NCBI GenBank assembly: GCA_049792675.1
Contig: JBARBD010000101.1
Coordinates: 1,091 to 65,090 of the forward strand
Source: Vulcanimicrobiaceae bacterium
GTDB taxonomy: Bacteria; Vulcanimicrobiota; Vulcanimicrobiia; Vulcanimicrobiales; Vulcanimicrobiaceae
Direction: 5' to 3'
DNA: 64,000 nt
A program made the translations under genes and the position numbers. The notes below the pieces were generated by a model that saw only the letters and a list, made by a program, of their open reading frames with translations, was not told where the DNA came from and made no database searches. Shown piece after piece: positions 1 through 9,215 of this stretch. The first letter of the stretch is position 1; each line of letters opens with the position of its first letter.

Positions 1-523
1 TACGACCGATCTGATCGTCGGCTTCCCTGGCGAGGGGGAGGACGAGTTCGAGGAGACGCTCGCGTACGTGCGCCGCGGCATCTTCGCCAACGCCTTCACC
101 TTCATCTACTCGATTCGGCGGGGCACGCCCGCGGCGCGCTGGGAACAGGTGGGCCGAGAGACCGCGCTGGCGCGCTTCCAAAGATTGCTCGATGCGCAGA
201 ATCGCGTGACCCGCGCCTATCACGACGGCAAGGTGGGAAGCGTGGTCCGCGCGTTGATCGTCGGCGAATCGAAGAAAGACGCGACGCGGCTGAGCGCCAA
301 GACGCTCGACAACGTCACGATCGTCGCACCCAAGCCGCTGGATTATCCCGCGGCCGAAAGGCGTCCCCATCCCTACGCTGCGACGCCGTGGATCGACGTC
401 GCGATCGGCGCCGCCCACGTTTGGGGATGCAGCGGTACGATCGTACGGCGCGCCGCGGCGTTCGGTGACGCCGGGTCGCCGGTGCGGCAGCCCGTCGTGG
501 ATCTGACCGGCGCGCTCGCCTAG
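1..523 (+). CDS. miaB: tRNA methylthiotransferase MiaB-like, C-terminal fragment (5' end outside window)
   Basis: Frame 2 is open to the window edge. It reads TTDLIVGFPGEGEDEFEETL...FTFIYSIRRGTPAA followed by a TRAM-like tail, typical of the MiaB/RimO radical-SAM methylthiotransferase C-terminal half. Lies next to mutS. Confidence 0.7.
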   Translation, partial: TTDLIVGFPGEGEDEFEETLAYVRRGIFANAFTFIYSIRRGTPAARWEQVGRETALARFQRLLDAQNRVTRAYHDGKVGSVVRALIVGESKKDATRLSAKTLDNVTIVAPKPLDYPAAERRPHPYAATPWIDVAIGAAHVWGCSGTIVRRAAAFGDAGSPVRQPVVDLTGALA

Positions 524-542
524 TATAAGGAAGGCCGAATCG

Positions 543-1553
543 TTGCGACCCTTTGCGCCGACGCTCGCCTGCGCGCTCGCCCTCGTGGTGACGGCCTGCG
601 CCGCAAGCGGCGTGCCCAGGACCCCGGTCGGGAGCGCGCCCGATGGCCTGCGGCTCCCCGCTGCCGGCTCGAGCGGCCCGGAGTTCGTCGGGTTCTGGGA
701 ATCCTGGTCGGACACCAATCGCGCCGACGCCTTCTCCCGGCTTACGAGCGTCCCCGCCTCGGTCACGACGACCGACGTCGCGTTCAGCATCGCCGACTCG
801 AATGCGATATCGCCCCCGCAGAATACGTACCCCTTGGAGCCGGGCGCGCGCCGCATTCACGCCCACGGCGACAAGTTACTGCTCTCATTCGGCGGAGCGA
901 CCTCGCCGTTTGCCATTACGGATCCGAGCCTCTTCGCCTCGAACCTTCAAGCCTACGTCTCGGCCAATCCCAAGCTTTACGACGGCTTCGACTTCGACGA
1001 CGAAGTGATTCCAAACAACGGACAGCAGCAGCTGATCGACGTCCTCGACGCCGTACGCAATGCCTTCCCGAACGGGCTCGTCAGCTTCGACGGCTTCATC
1101 GACGGCGCCGACCCCGGGCCGCCAAGCGGGCACCAAGGCGAGGACGTCGCGGTCATCGCGCAGGCCGGATCGGCGATCGATTACGTCAACGTGATGGCCT
1201 ACGACGAGTACGGATGGGTTCCGACCAACCATCCAGACTGCAGCTACCAGGAGGGTTCGCGCGACGATTGCCGTCTCGACGTTTTGCAGCAGTTCGCGAG
1301 CATCCGGATGGACGGCGGCCGGAAGTTTCCCAAGAGCAAGATCGTGCTCGGGCTTATGATCGGCCAAGCCGACGACGGCGTCGTCGTCACGCCGCGGGAC
1401 GCGGCCGGCTACGCACGCGACGTCGAGCGGCTCGGCTATCGCGGCGTTATGATTTGGGACCTCGATCGCGACAATCCGCAGGCGCCGCCCGGGGGTACCG
1501 GCCATGCGAAGGGCACGTACGTCCGCGCCATCTCGAAGGCACTCGGGACGTAA
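543..1553 (+). CDS. Glycoside hydrolase family 18 (chitinase-like) lipoprotein
   Basis: 336-aa ORF with a lipoprotein-type signal (ALALVVTAC). Contains GFWESW and DGFDFDDE, which fits the GH18 catalytic DxxDxDxE motif. Confidence 0.65.
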   Translation: MRPFAPTLACALALVVTACAASGVPRTPVGSAPDGLRLPAAGSSGPEFVGFWESWSDTNRADAFSRLTSVPASVTTTDVAFSIADSNAISPPQNTYPLEPGARRIHAHGDKLLLSFGGATSPFAITDPSLFASNLQAYVSANPKLYDGFDFDDEVIPNNGQQQLIDVLDAVRNAFPNGLVSFDGFIDGADPGPPSGHQGEDVAVIAQAGSAIDYVNVMAYDEYGWVPTNHPDCSYQEGSRDDCRLDVLQQFASIRMDGGRKFPKSKIVLGLMIGQADDGVVVTPRDAAGYARDVERLGYRGVMIWDLDRDNPQAPPGGTGHAKGTYVRAISKALGT

Positions 1554-1572
1554 CGGGCTAACTCCTCGCGCG

Positions 1573-4044
1573 GTGGCCAAGTACTCGCCAATGCTCGAGC
1601 AGTACTTTGGGATGAAGGCCAAGCATCCTGAAGCGATTCTGCTCTCGCGCGTCGGCGATTTCTACGAGGCCTACGGCGAAGACGCCGAAACGATCGCGCG
1701 CGCCCTCCAGATCGCGCTCACCAGCAAAGAGGCCGGCGCCGGGAAGCGGGTCGCAATGGCCGGCGTTCCACACCACGCGCTCGCGCAGTATCTCGCGCGG
1801 CTGGTGCAGCAGCGCTTCATCGTCGCGCTCGCCGAGCAGCTCGAGCTTCCGCAGGCCAACCGGCTCGTTCGCCGCGACGTCGTGCGCTTGGTCACGCCCG
1901 GCACGCTGATAGAAGAACAGCTGCTCGACGGGAAGCAGAATAACTACCTGGCCGCGATCGCCGCGATCGGCGAGACGTTCGCGCTCACCTATACCGACGT
2001 CTCGACCGGCTACGCGGCGGCGACCGCGATCGCGGGCGAGAGCGCGTACGACGAGTTGCTCGCCGAGCTGGCGCGGATCGGCCCGGCCGAGATCGTTGCC
2101 GACGTGCCGGGCGAGCTGCGTGCGACGATCGCGACGGCGGTCGAAGCCTTTGGAGCGCGCGTGGCGACGCCCTCGATCGGGCTCGTCGAATCGCGCGAGC
2201 GACGGCTGCTCGAGGGCTTCTCGGTCGACGAGTCGCTCGCTATTCACCGAGCCCTCGACGTCTTGAGCGCGTTCGTGAAACGTACCGGCGTGACCAATGG
2301 CGAGCGCGGCTTGGGCGATCCCGTGCTCTATCAGGGGCGACAGTTTCTCGCGCTCGATCCGGCCACGCGCAAGCATCTCGAGCTCACGCGCGCCGAAGGC
2401 GCAAATCCGCGCGCCACGCTCCTCACGACGCTCGACGCCTGCGCGACCTCGATGGGCTCGCGCATGCTGGCGAGGTGGATACTGGCGCCGCTCGTCGAGG
2501 AAGAGACGATAACGCGCCGCCAAGACGTCGTTGCGACCTTTCTTAGCGAGCACGGCCGTCGCGAGACCGTGCGGGAGATACTCAAAGGTGCCTTCGACCT
2601 CGAGCGGATCGCACAGAAGGTTCGCTTTCGCCGGGCAACGCCGCGCGATCTCGCCTCGCTGCGCCGAACGCTCGAGATACTGCGGCCGCTGCGCCAAGTC
2701 GCCTCGCCGGCGCTCGCGCCGCTGGTCGAACGGATCGGCGATTTCGGTGAGATGCTCGGCGACCTGCAGCGGACGCTCGTCGACGATCCTCCCGCGCAGC
2801 TCGGCGAAGGCGGCGCGATCCGTCCGGAGGCGAACGCCGAGCTCGCCGAGTGCGTCGCATTGCGGGCCGACACGCGTTCGAGGCTCTCGCAACTCGAGCA
2901 GGACGAGCGCGAACGCACCGGCATCAAGACGCTCAAGATCAAATATGCCAGCGCCTTCGGCTATGCGATAGAGGTGAGCAAGAGCTACGCGGACGTCGTT
3001 CCGCCGGAGTACGTGCGCAAGCAGACGCTGACGACCGGCGAGCGCTATATCACTCCGGAGCTCAAAGAGCTCGAGCTGGCGATTTCCACGGCGCGGATCC
3101 GGCAAGAACGGCTCGAGCTGCAGCTCTTCGAGGCGCTCCTCGACCGGATCGCCGCCGCCGCGCCCGAGCTGCTCGAGGCGGCCGCGGCGATCGCGGAGAT
3201 CGACGTCCTAACCGCCCTGGCGCACGTCGCCGCCGAGCGCGGATACGTCCGGCCGGGCTTCGTCGACGAGAGCGTGGTCGCGATCGAAGACGGCCGGCAT
3301 CCGGTGATGGAGGCGGTGCTTCACGCCAACTTCGTTCCCAACGACTTGCACTTGAGCGTTTCGGAGCAGCGCTTCGTGCTGCTGACCGGGCCGAACATGG
3401 GCGGCAAGTCGACCTACCTGCGACAAGCCGGCCTGCTCGCGATCATGGCGCAGATTGGCTCGTTCGTTCCGGCGAGATCGATGACACTCGGCGTCATCGA
3501 TCGCATCTTTACTCGAATTGGGGCGGGCGACGATCTCGCCTCCGGGCAGTCGACCTTCTATATGGAGATGGCGGAGGCGGCGAACATTCTGCGGCGCAGC
3601 ACGCGGCGGTCGCTGCTCCTGATCGACGAAGTCGGCCGCGGAACCGGCACGCTCGACGGACTCTCGATCGCGCAGGCCATCTGCGAGTTTCTGCTTGGCC
3701 TCGAGGAACAGGCGCCGATGGTGCTCTTCGCAACGCACTTTCACGAGCTCTGCGCTTTGGCCGAGCACTGGAGTCTGGTCGCAAACCACCACATCACCGC
3801 GGTCGAGAATACCGCCCGCGGCGGGGCGCCGGTCTTCTCGCACCGCGTGCAGCCGGGCAGCTCCTCTCGCTCGTTCGGTATCGAGGTCGCGCGTATGGCC
3901 GGCTTACCCGAGGCGGTCGTCGAGCGCGCGCAAGAGATCGCGGACGCCCTCTCCGGGCACGCCGACATCGAGCTGCAGGTGCCGCTGCGCAAGAAGATGC
4001 CGAAGCCGCCGCCTCCCGACCGTCAGCTGACGTTTCTCTCCTAG
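1573..4044 (+). CDS. mutS: DNA mismatch repair protein MutS
   Basis: Full-length MutS. N-terminus SPMLEQYFGMKAKHP, Walker A GPNMGGKST, DEVGRGT. GTG at 1573 is chosen because the track ORF start (1504) overlaps the upstream gene; ATG 1591 is an alternative. Confidence 0.95.
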   Translation: MAKYSPMLEQYFGMKAKHPEAILLSRVGDFYEAYGEDAETIARALQIALTSKEAGAGKRVAMAGVPHHALAQYLARLVQQRFIVALAEQLELPQANRLVRRDVVRLVTPGTLIEEQLLDGKQNNYLAAIAAIGETFALTYTDVSTGYAAATAIAGESAYDELLAELARIGPAEIVADVPGELRATIATAVEAFGARVATPSIGLVESRERRLLEGFSVDESLAIHRALDVLSAFVKRTGVTNGERGLGDPVLYQGRQFLALDPATRKHLELTRAEGANPRATLLTTLDACATSMGSRMLARWILAPLVEEETITRRQDVVATFLSEHGRRETVREILKGAFDLERIAQKVRFRRATPRDLASLRRTLEILRPLRQVASPALAPLVERIGDFGEMLGDLQRTLVDDPPAQLGEGGAIRPEANAELAECVALRADTRSRLSQLEQDERERTGIKTLKIKYASAFGYAIEVSKSYADVVPPEYVRKQTLTTGERYITPELKELELAISTARIRQERLELQLFEALLDRIAAAAPELLEAAAAIAEIDVLTALAHVAAERGYVRPGFVDESVVAIEDGRHPVMEAVLHANFVPNDLHLSVSEQRFVLLTGPNMGGKSTYLRQAGLLAIMAQIGSFVPARSMTLGVIDRIFTRIGAGDDLASGQSTFYMEMAEAANILRRSTRRSLLLIDEVGRGTGTLDGLSIAQAICEFLLGLEEQAPMVLFATHFHELCALAEHWSLVANHHITAVENTARGGAPVFSHRVQPGSSSRSFGIEVARMAGLPEAVVERAQEIADALSGHADIELQVPLRKKMPKPPPPDRQLTFLS

Positions 4045-4054
4045 CAGTCTGGGC

Positions 4055-5362
4055 CTACGCGTGCGGCAGGATCGCCTGAATCGTCGAAACGATCGTCAAC
4101 GCCGCAACGATCCCCACCGTGGCCCACGCGATCGCATTGAAGAGCACCGAGTTGACGTACCTGCCCATCAGGCGCCGATTGTTGATCAGCAGCAGCATTA
4201 GCACGAGTACGATCGGCAAGAGCACGCCGTTCATCACTTGAGAGTAGAAGATGATGGCGAGCAGCGGAGCATTTGGGATGATCACCACGCCGGCACCGAT
4301 GACGATCAGCGCCAGGTAGAAGATGTAGAAGACCTTGGCGTTGCCGAAGCGCTGGTCCACGCCGCGCTCGAAGCCGAAGGCTTCGCAGACGTAGTAGGCG
4401 GTCGAAAGCGGCAGGATCGACGCGGTGAAGACCGCGGCGTTGAGCAGGCCGATCGCGAAGAGGAGCGAGGCGAAGCGTCCGACCAGCGGCTCCAGCGCTA
4501 CCGCGACGTCCCCCGCGCTGTTGACGACGATCGGGTGCGCGGCGTGGAGGTTGTGGACGTAGATGGTCGCCGCGCACGCGACGATGATGAAGTACGCGAT
4601 GATGTCGGTCCAAATCGCCCCGGCCACGACGTCGAGGCGCGAGAACTTGTAATCTTGCTCGCGCACGCCTTTGTCCACGACCGCCGCCTGTATGTAGAAC
4701 TGCATCCACGGCGAGATCGTCGTGCCGATCACCGCGATGATCATGACCAAATAGGCGTTGCTCGGCGTGATATGAGGAAGGAAGGTCTGGCGGAGCACGT
4801 CGTGCCAGTTCGGCCGGACGAGGATGGCGCTGACGACGTAAGCGATGTAGATCGAGCAGAACGCGAAGAAGATGCGTTCGAGGACCTTGTACGTTCCGCG
4901 CGTGACGATCGTAAAGACGAAGACGGCCGACCCGATCACCAGCGCGATTTTAAAGGCCTCCGGATTGAGCGCCGGCAGGTAGCCCGCGAAGATCGGGGCC
5001 GACGAGGCGACGCCGGCGAACTCCGACGCCGTGTTCCCGAGGTCGCCGAGCACGAAGAGCAGCAGCACCCAAAACGTCACGCGGATGTTGAAGTTCTCGC
5101 GAATCAGGTCGGCGAGGCCCTTGCCGGTGATTGCGCCCATACGGGCGCACATCTCTTGAATGACGATCAGCGCGATCGTCACCGGAATTAGTAACCAAAG
5201 CAAGGAGTAGCCGAACTGCGCGCCGGCCTGGGAGTAGGTCAGGATCCCGCCGACGTCGTTGTCGGCGTTGGCGGTGATGATCCCCGGCCCGACGATCGAG
5301 AAGAACATCACGATCGAGCGCCAGGTGCTCGGCCGCGCGGTCCGCGTCACTGGGCCGCTCAC
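4055..5362 (-). CDS. mntH: NRAMP-family divalent metal (Mn2+/Fe2+) transporter
   Basis: FFSIVGPGIITANADNDVGG...QEMCARMGAITGKGLADLIRE and about 11 hydrophobic segments. The track ORF runs to 6217, but homology starts near GTG 5362. That GTG has AGAGGA 7 nt upstream and overlaps the upstream stop (GTGA). Confidence 0.9.
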   Translation of the reverse strand: MSGPVTRTARPSTWRSIVMFFSIVGPGIITANADNDVGGILTYSQAGAQFGYSLLWLLIPVTIALIVIQEMCARMGAITGKGLADLIRENFNIRVTFWVLLLFVLGDLGNTASEFAGVASSAPIFAGYLPALNPEAFKIALVIGSAVFVFTIVTRGTYKVLERIFFAFCSIYIAYVVSAILVRPNWHDVLRQTFLPHITPSNAYLVMIIAVIGTTISPWMQFYIQAAVVDKGVREQDYKFSRLDVVAGAIWTDIIAYFIIVACAATIYVHNLHAAHPIVVNSAGDVAVALEPLVGRFASLLFAIGLLNAAVFTASILPLSTAYYVCEAFGFERGVDQRFGNAKVFYIFYLALIVIGAGVVIIPNAPLLAIIFYSQVMNGVLLPIVLVLMLLLINNRRLMGRYVNSVLFNAIAWATVGIVAALTIVSTIQAILPHA

Positions 5363-7212
5363 AATCCGATCCTCTGATCGACGATCAGCGCCGTCCCGCG
5401 CATCGTCGGCGGCGGACCTCCGGGCAGCGAAGGAAGCCCGACCAGCGCGTAGCGCCGCGCTTGCAAGAGCAACGCGGTCTTCGGGCCGGTCGCAACCTGC
5501 ACGCCGCCGAAGGCGATGCCGTAGATCGCGTCGACCGGCGTCGTCGCCCAGGTTCCAACCATCTCGTAGCGGCCGTAGCCGCCGATCGCGAGCAGCGACG
5601 CGCTGAAATGATGGGTCCAGCTCGCGACGATCTGGGGCGCGCGCGTCGCGACGGTATCGATCGGCTGGCCCGGGTCGGCATCGCGATTGAGGTAATCTTC
5701 GACGCCGTCGAAGGTGAGATCGTCGCGCGAAAGGTGCCAGCAGGCGTAGAGGGCGAGCTGGCGATCGTGCCCGATCGTGCCGAAGCCGTTCTTCTGAAGG
5801 AGAAAGAATCCGTCGACGAAGCCGACCTGGGACGCATTTGCCTCCGTCTCCGGCACAAGCTGCGTCCAATCGCCGTAGCCCGCGCGGACGTCGAGATGCT
5901 TGTTGGCGTGGTCGTAGCGAACGTGGAAGCCCGCGCGGTTCGCGCCGGTGACGCTGTTGTCGACGAGCTGATAGTTCGACTTCAGCCACACGCCGGGCCA
6001 CGACCAGGCAACGCTCCAGACGTTCTCCGGAATGCCGTACGGCAAAATCGTCGTCGCGTATGTCGGGTCGAAGCGATGGTATTCGAGCGTAGCAAGGTCG
6101 TCGCCGAAATGGCGCGCCAAGCTGAAGTGTTCGTAGTTGCCGAAGTGTGAGGTGCCTGGGAAACTCACCAGGCCGGCGTCGTACCAAGCCCGGCCGAGTT
6201 CGGCGAGCGCGTCCCATCCCGGCAATGGATGGACTAGCGCGCGCGCGCCCGCGATCGTCTGCTCCTGGTTGGCAAGCATGCTGGTGAAGAGCCGCCCTTG
6301 CGCGCTGCTGATGACCTGGCGCTGCGTTCCGAAGTACGTCGTCGTTGCGATCGGGTCGCCGGTCGTCCAGACGTGCGCGACCTGGATCGAGAAGCGCCCG
6401 TAGGCGCCGCGATCGACGACCAGCGAGCCCATCGTTAGGCGGGCATTCGTGTTCGGCAGCGCCGGCAGCAGCGCGTCGGTGAACTCGAACGTAGCGCTCC
6501 CGCTATGCCAGAAGCCGTCGGCGCCGAGCAGCGGTAACGACGACGAGCCCGCGCCCCACGCGTCGATCGAGGGAATCCCGGCTCCGATGCTCTCGGCCGG
6601 CTGCAGGCCGGCCGACGGAACGACGCTCGTGAGCGGCGGCGGCGCGAAGACGAACCGATCGGTCTGCGCGAGATCGAAGTACCCGCCGCGCACCTTCCAG
6701 CTGCCGTCTGCGCCGGCGACCGACGCCTCGAGCAGGCTTGCGTTGACGAGGCTCGCGTCGTCTTGGCCGGCGTGCGTCGGGAATGCGATCCTAAACGGAA
6801 CGACCCGCGAGAAGGCGTGCGCGTCGAGATTGGGAATCGGCGGCTCGCCCCAGTAGAGCGCGTTGGTCGTGCTCCCCGTGAGGCCGCCCAGCCCAAGGGT
6901 CGCTTCGGCGACGAGGTCGCCGAAGCGGTAGGTGCCGGACAGCTCGTATTGCGCGATGCCGGCAACGCCCGGCGTGACCGGCGCGCCCGTGAACCAATCG
7001 TACGGAGACATCGGCGAGATCGGCGAGCCGTGCGCGAAGAGCGCGCTCTCCGGCGGCGTCGTTCCCGGGCCGTTCGTCGCTTGATCGATGAAGACGTTCG
7101 ATCCGCTCACCGCGAGCGAAAAGCGCGGCGTCGCCGTCGGCGAAGGCGAGGGCGCGGGCACGGAAGGAGCGACGGCTTGCAGCGTTGCCAGCACGACGAC
7201 GCAAACGTCCAA
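5359..7212 (-). CDS. Large envelope/secreted protein of unknown function (possible outer-membrane beta-barrel)
   Basis: 617-aa ORF. TTG start has GGAGG 7 nt upstream. Short hydrophobic N-terminus, then an SPSP linker. Aromatic/Gly-rich with alternating hydrophobic stretches and no motif I recognise. Its stop overlaps the mntH start. Confidence 0.55.
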   Translation of the reverse strand: MDVCVVVLATLQAVAPSVPAPSPSPTATPRFSLAVSGSNVFIDQATNGPGTTPPESALFAHGSPISPMSPYDWFTGAPVTPGVAGIAQYELSGTYRFGDLVAEATLGLGGLTGSTTNALYWGEPPIPNLDAHAFSRVVPFRIAFPTHAGQDDASLVNASLLEASVAGADGSWKVRGGYFDLAQTDRFVFAPPPLTSVVPSAGLQPAESIGAGIPSIDAWGAGSSSLPLLGADGFWHSGSATFEFTDALLPALPNTNARLTMGSLVVDRGAYGRFSIQVAHVWTTGDPIATTTYFGTQRQVISSAQGRLFTSMLANQEQTIAGARALVHPLPGWDALAELGRAWYDAGLVSFPGTSHFGNYEHFSLARHFGDDLATLEYHRFDPTYATTILPYGIPENVWSVAWSWPGVWLKSNYQLVDNSVTGANRAGFHVRYDHANKHLDVRAGYGDWTQLVPETEANASQVGFVDGFFLLQKNGFGTIGHDRQLALYACWHLSRDDLTFDGVEDYLNRDADPGQPIDTVATRAPQIVASWTHHFSASLLAIGGYGRYEMVGTWATTPVDAIYGIAFGGVQVATGPKTALLLQARRYALVGLPSLPGGPPPTMRGTALIVDQRIGL

Positions 7213-7234
7213 GGTCCACCTCCTCTCTTCATCG

Positions 7235-7276
7235 CCAAAGAATGAGAAACCGTCGCTGCTCCCTCGCGTGCGACGG
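7235..7276 (-). promoter_or_regulatory. Terminator-like hairpin plus U-tract in the 5' leader of the 7212 operon (candidate attenuator)
   Basis: Minus strand reads CCGUCGC-13 nt loop-GCGACGG, then UUUCUCAUUCUUUGG. It ends about 10 nt before the GGAGG of the TTG start at 7212. An upstream CGACG could pair alternatively with the 5' arm. Confidence 0.35.
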
Positions 7277-7532
7277 TCTGAGTGGCCCAGGCGGATGCGT
7301 ATCCTCTAGACTTCCCCTAACGTCGAAGCTTTAGCACTGCACGCCGTAGAGCCTCGACGGGCTCAGCCGCATTAGATTCCGCCTTGATTCGGCGGGATCT
7401 GGTTACCCGTTGGGGTCTCTCGACCTTTCCGGGCAGCGGCATCTCTACGTGCAGACGCCTCACCTAACGAGGAATCCTCAACCAGGATACACTCTTGGAT
7501 GCTTTTGTCAACCGAGCGAGGTAGTACGCTGC

Positions 7533-9215
7533 GTGGCAAAGATACGCGAGCTGGATGCGGTGACGATCGGTCAGATTGCAGCCGGGGAGATCATCGAGCG
7601 GCCGGCTTCGGTCGTCAAGGAGCTCGTTGAGAACGCGGTCGACGCGAAGGCGAGTCGCATCTCGGTCAACGTCGAGCTGGGCGGCCTCCAGTTGATCGAG
7701 GTGATCGACGACGGCGCCGGTATCGCGCCGCAGGATTTGCCGCTTGCGGTGCTTCGTCATACGACCAGCAAACTCAACACCGCCGCCGAGCTGGAGTCAA
7801 TCGCGACGCTCGGCTTTCGGGGCGAAGGCCTCGCCTCGATTGCCGCGATCTCGCGGATTGAGATCGCCTCGCGCCAGGCGGGCGACGCGGTCGGGGCGCG
7901 CGTGAGCGCGCACGCGGAAGAGATCGCGCCGGTCGAGCCCGCGCCCTCGCCGGTCGGTACGCGCGTGCGGGTCGAAGCGCTCTTTGAGAACGTGCCGGTG
8001 CGCCGCGAGCACCTGCGCACGGTCAGCGCCGAGTTCAACCGCATCTCGACGTGGCTTTCGAGCTTCGCGCTCGCCTACCCCGAGATCGCATTCACGCTGC
8101 GTCACGACGGCCGCGACGTCTGGGTCATGCCGGCCAGCGCGCACGAGCTCGAACGGCTTGCGATGGTCTTTGGCCGACAAGCCGCCGAGCCGCTGCTGCC
8201 CCTTCGCGGCGAGGCGGCGCGCGTGCTCGACGGCCGCTTGCGCGGGTACGTCAGTGCGCCCGGTCACGACCGTCCCGACCGCCGAATGCAGTTGCTTTTC
8301 GTCAACGGAAGGTTGCTGCGCAGCCTGCTGCTTGCCGGCGCGTGGACGAGCGGCTACTCGACCTTTGCGATGGTCGGGCGCCATCCGTACGGCGCGCTCT
8401 TTCTCGATCTGCCCCCGGATCAGGTGGATCCGAACGTCCATCCGACCAAGAGCGACGTGCGCCTGCGTCACGCGACACAGGTCTTCGACGCAGTACGCCG
8501 CACGATCGCGGAGACGCTCAACGAGCACGCTCGGGGGCGCTTGCGCGAGCATACCGGCGCGGCCGCGCTCTCGCCGGCGCCGCCGGTGGAGTCCGCGTAT
8601 CGCTCGGAGTCCCTCTTCGGCAGCGATGGTGACGGCGACGTGGAGCGCGAGCGACCGGAGGGGACGCGCGTCCTCGAGCAGCTCAACCGAACCTTCATTC
8701 TGGCCAGCGACGGCGATGCACTGCTCCTGGTCGATCAGCATGCCGCGCACGAGCGCATCGCATACGAGGCGATCGTTGCCGCGGCGCGGGAGCGCCGCCC
8801 GAGCGAGCCCCTTTTGGTACCGCACGTCGTCGAGTTAGATCAGGCGCGCAGCGCTGCCCTCGACCGCGTGCTCGAAGCACTTGGTGAAGGCGGGCTCGAG
8901 ATCGAGCCGTTCGGCGAGCGCACCTATCGCATCGTCGCAACGCCGGCCGGGTACGGCGCCAGATCTTTCGACCTCGCCGGATTTCTCGACGATCTGACCG
9001 ACGAGCCGAAACAGCGCGACGTACGCGAGCGGGTCTGGGCGTCGCTCGCGTGCCATTCGGTCACGGTAGCCGGCGAGCGGCTCGAAAACGACGAGATGGC
9101 GTCGCTCGTCGAACGCCTGCAAGGCTGCACCAATCCGATGCACTGTCCGCATGGCCGCCCAACGATGGTGCGTCTGGGCCCCGACGAAATCGCGCGCATG
9201 TTCAAGCGTGTCTGA
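7533..9215 (+). CDS. mutL: DNA mismatch repair endonuclease MutL
   Basis: GQIAAGEIIERPASVVKELVENAVDA (GHKL ATPase). C-terminal DQHAAHERIAYE and CPHGRP motifs mark endonuclease-type MutL. GTG 7533 gives the usual N-terminus (VAKIRELD). Confidence 0.93.
   Translation: MAKIRELDAVTIGQIAAGEIIERPASVVKELVENAVDAKASRISVNVELGGLQLIEVIDDGAGIAPQDLPLAVLRHTTSKLNTAAELESIATLGFRGEGLASIAAISRIEIASRQAGDAVGARVSAHAEEIAPVEPAPSPVGTRVRVEALFENVPVRREHLRTVSAEFNRISTWLSSFALAYPEIAFTLRHDGRDVWVMPASAHELERLAMVFGRQAAEPLLPLRGEAARVLDGRLRGYVSAPGHDRPDRRMQLLFVNGRLLRSLLLAGAWTSGYSTFAMVGRHPYGALFLDLPPDQVDPNVHPTKSDVRLRHATQVFDAVRRTIAETLNEHARGRLREHTGAAALSPAPPVESAYRSESLFGSDGDGDVERERPEGTRVLEQLNRTFILASDGDALLLVDQHAAHERIAYEAIVAAARERRPSEPLLVPHVVELDQARSAALDRVLEALGEGGLEIEPFGERTYRIVATPAGYGARSFDLAGFLDDLTDEPKQRDVRERVWASLACHSVTVAGERLENDEMASLVERLQGCTNPMHCPHGRPTMVRLGPDEIARMFKRV

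Noticed and set aside
1558-3105. Long antisense or off-frame ORFs opposite real genes. Examples: 1558-3105 (-), 7797-8825 (-), 9202-10554 (-), 15651-17399 (-), 18678-19988 (-), 28158-29375 (-), 41869-42924 (-), 52101-53072 (-), 53305-54573 (+), 61543-63654 (+), 62213-63418 (-).
   Set aside because: Their translations are Arg/Ala/Gly/Pro-rich low-complexity strings with no motifs. Each fully overlaps a gene with strong family signatures. This is the expected artefact of about 67% GC DNA.
4055-6217. Over-long track ORFs suggesting fused or giant proteins: 720 aa at 4055-6217, 1430 aa at 57821-62113, 533 aa at 37422-39023, 629 aa at 45218-47107, 230 aa at 30155-30847.
   Set aside because: In each case the N-terminal extension is Arg-rich junk overlapping the upstream gene. 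A start codon with an SD and a sensible N-terminus or signal peptide exists further in, so the shorter models were used.
7213-7330. Possible known riboswitch in the NRAMP-operon leader. GGGGAAGUCUAG...CAGACC resembles the yybP-ykoY Mn2+ motif, and CCGCCUGGGC resembles the ZTP/pfl 3' element.
   Set aside because: The candidate is only about 55 nt, too short for yybP-ykoY, and it lacks the conserved CAUA element. The ZTP 5' domain (GACUGGCG...CCGGGCGGA) is absent. The gene context (a Mn importer) does not fit either class. Kept only as an unclassified structured leader.
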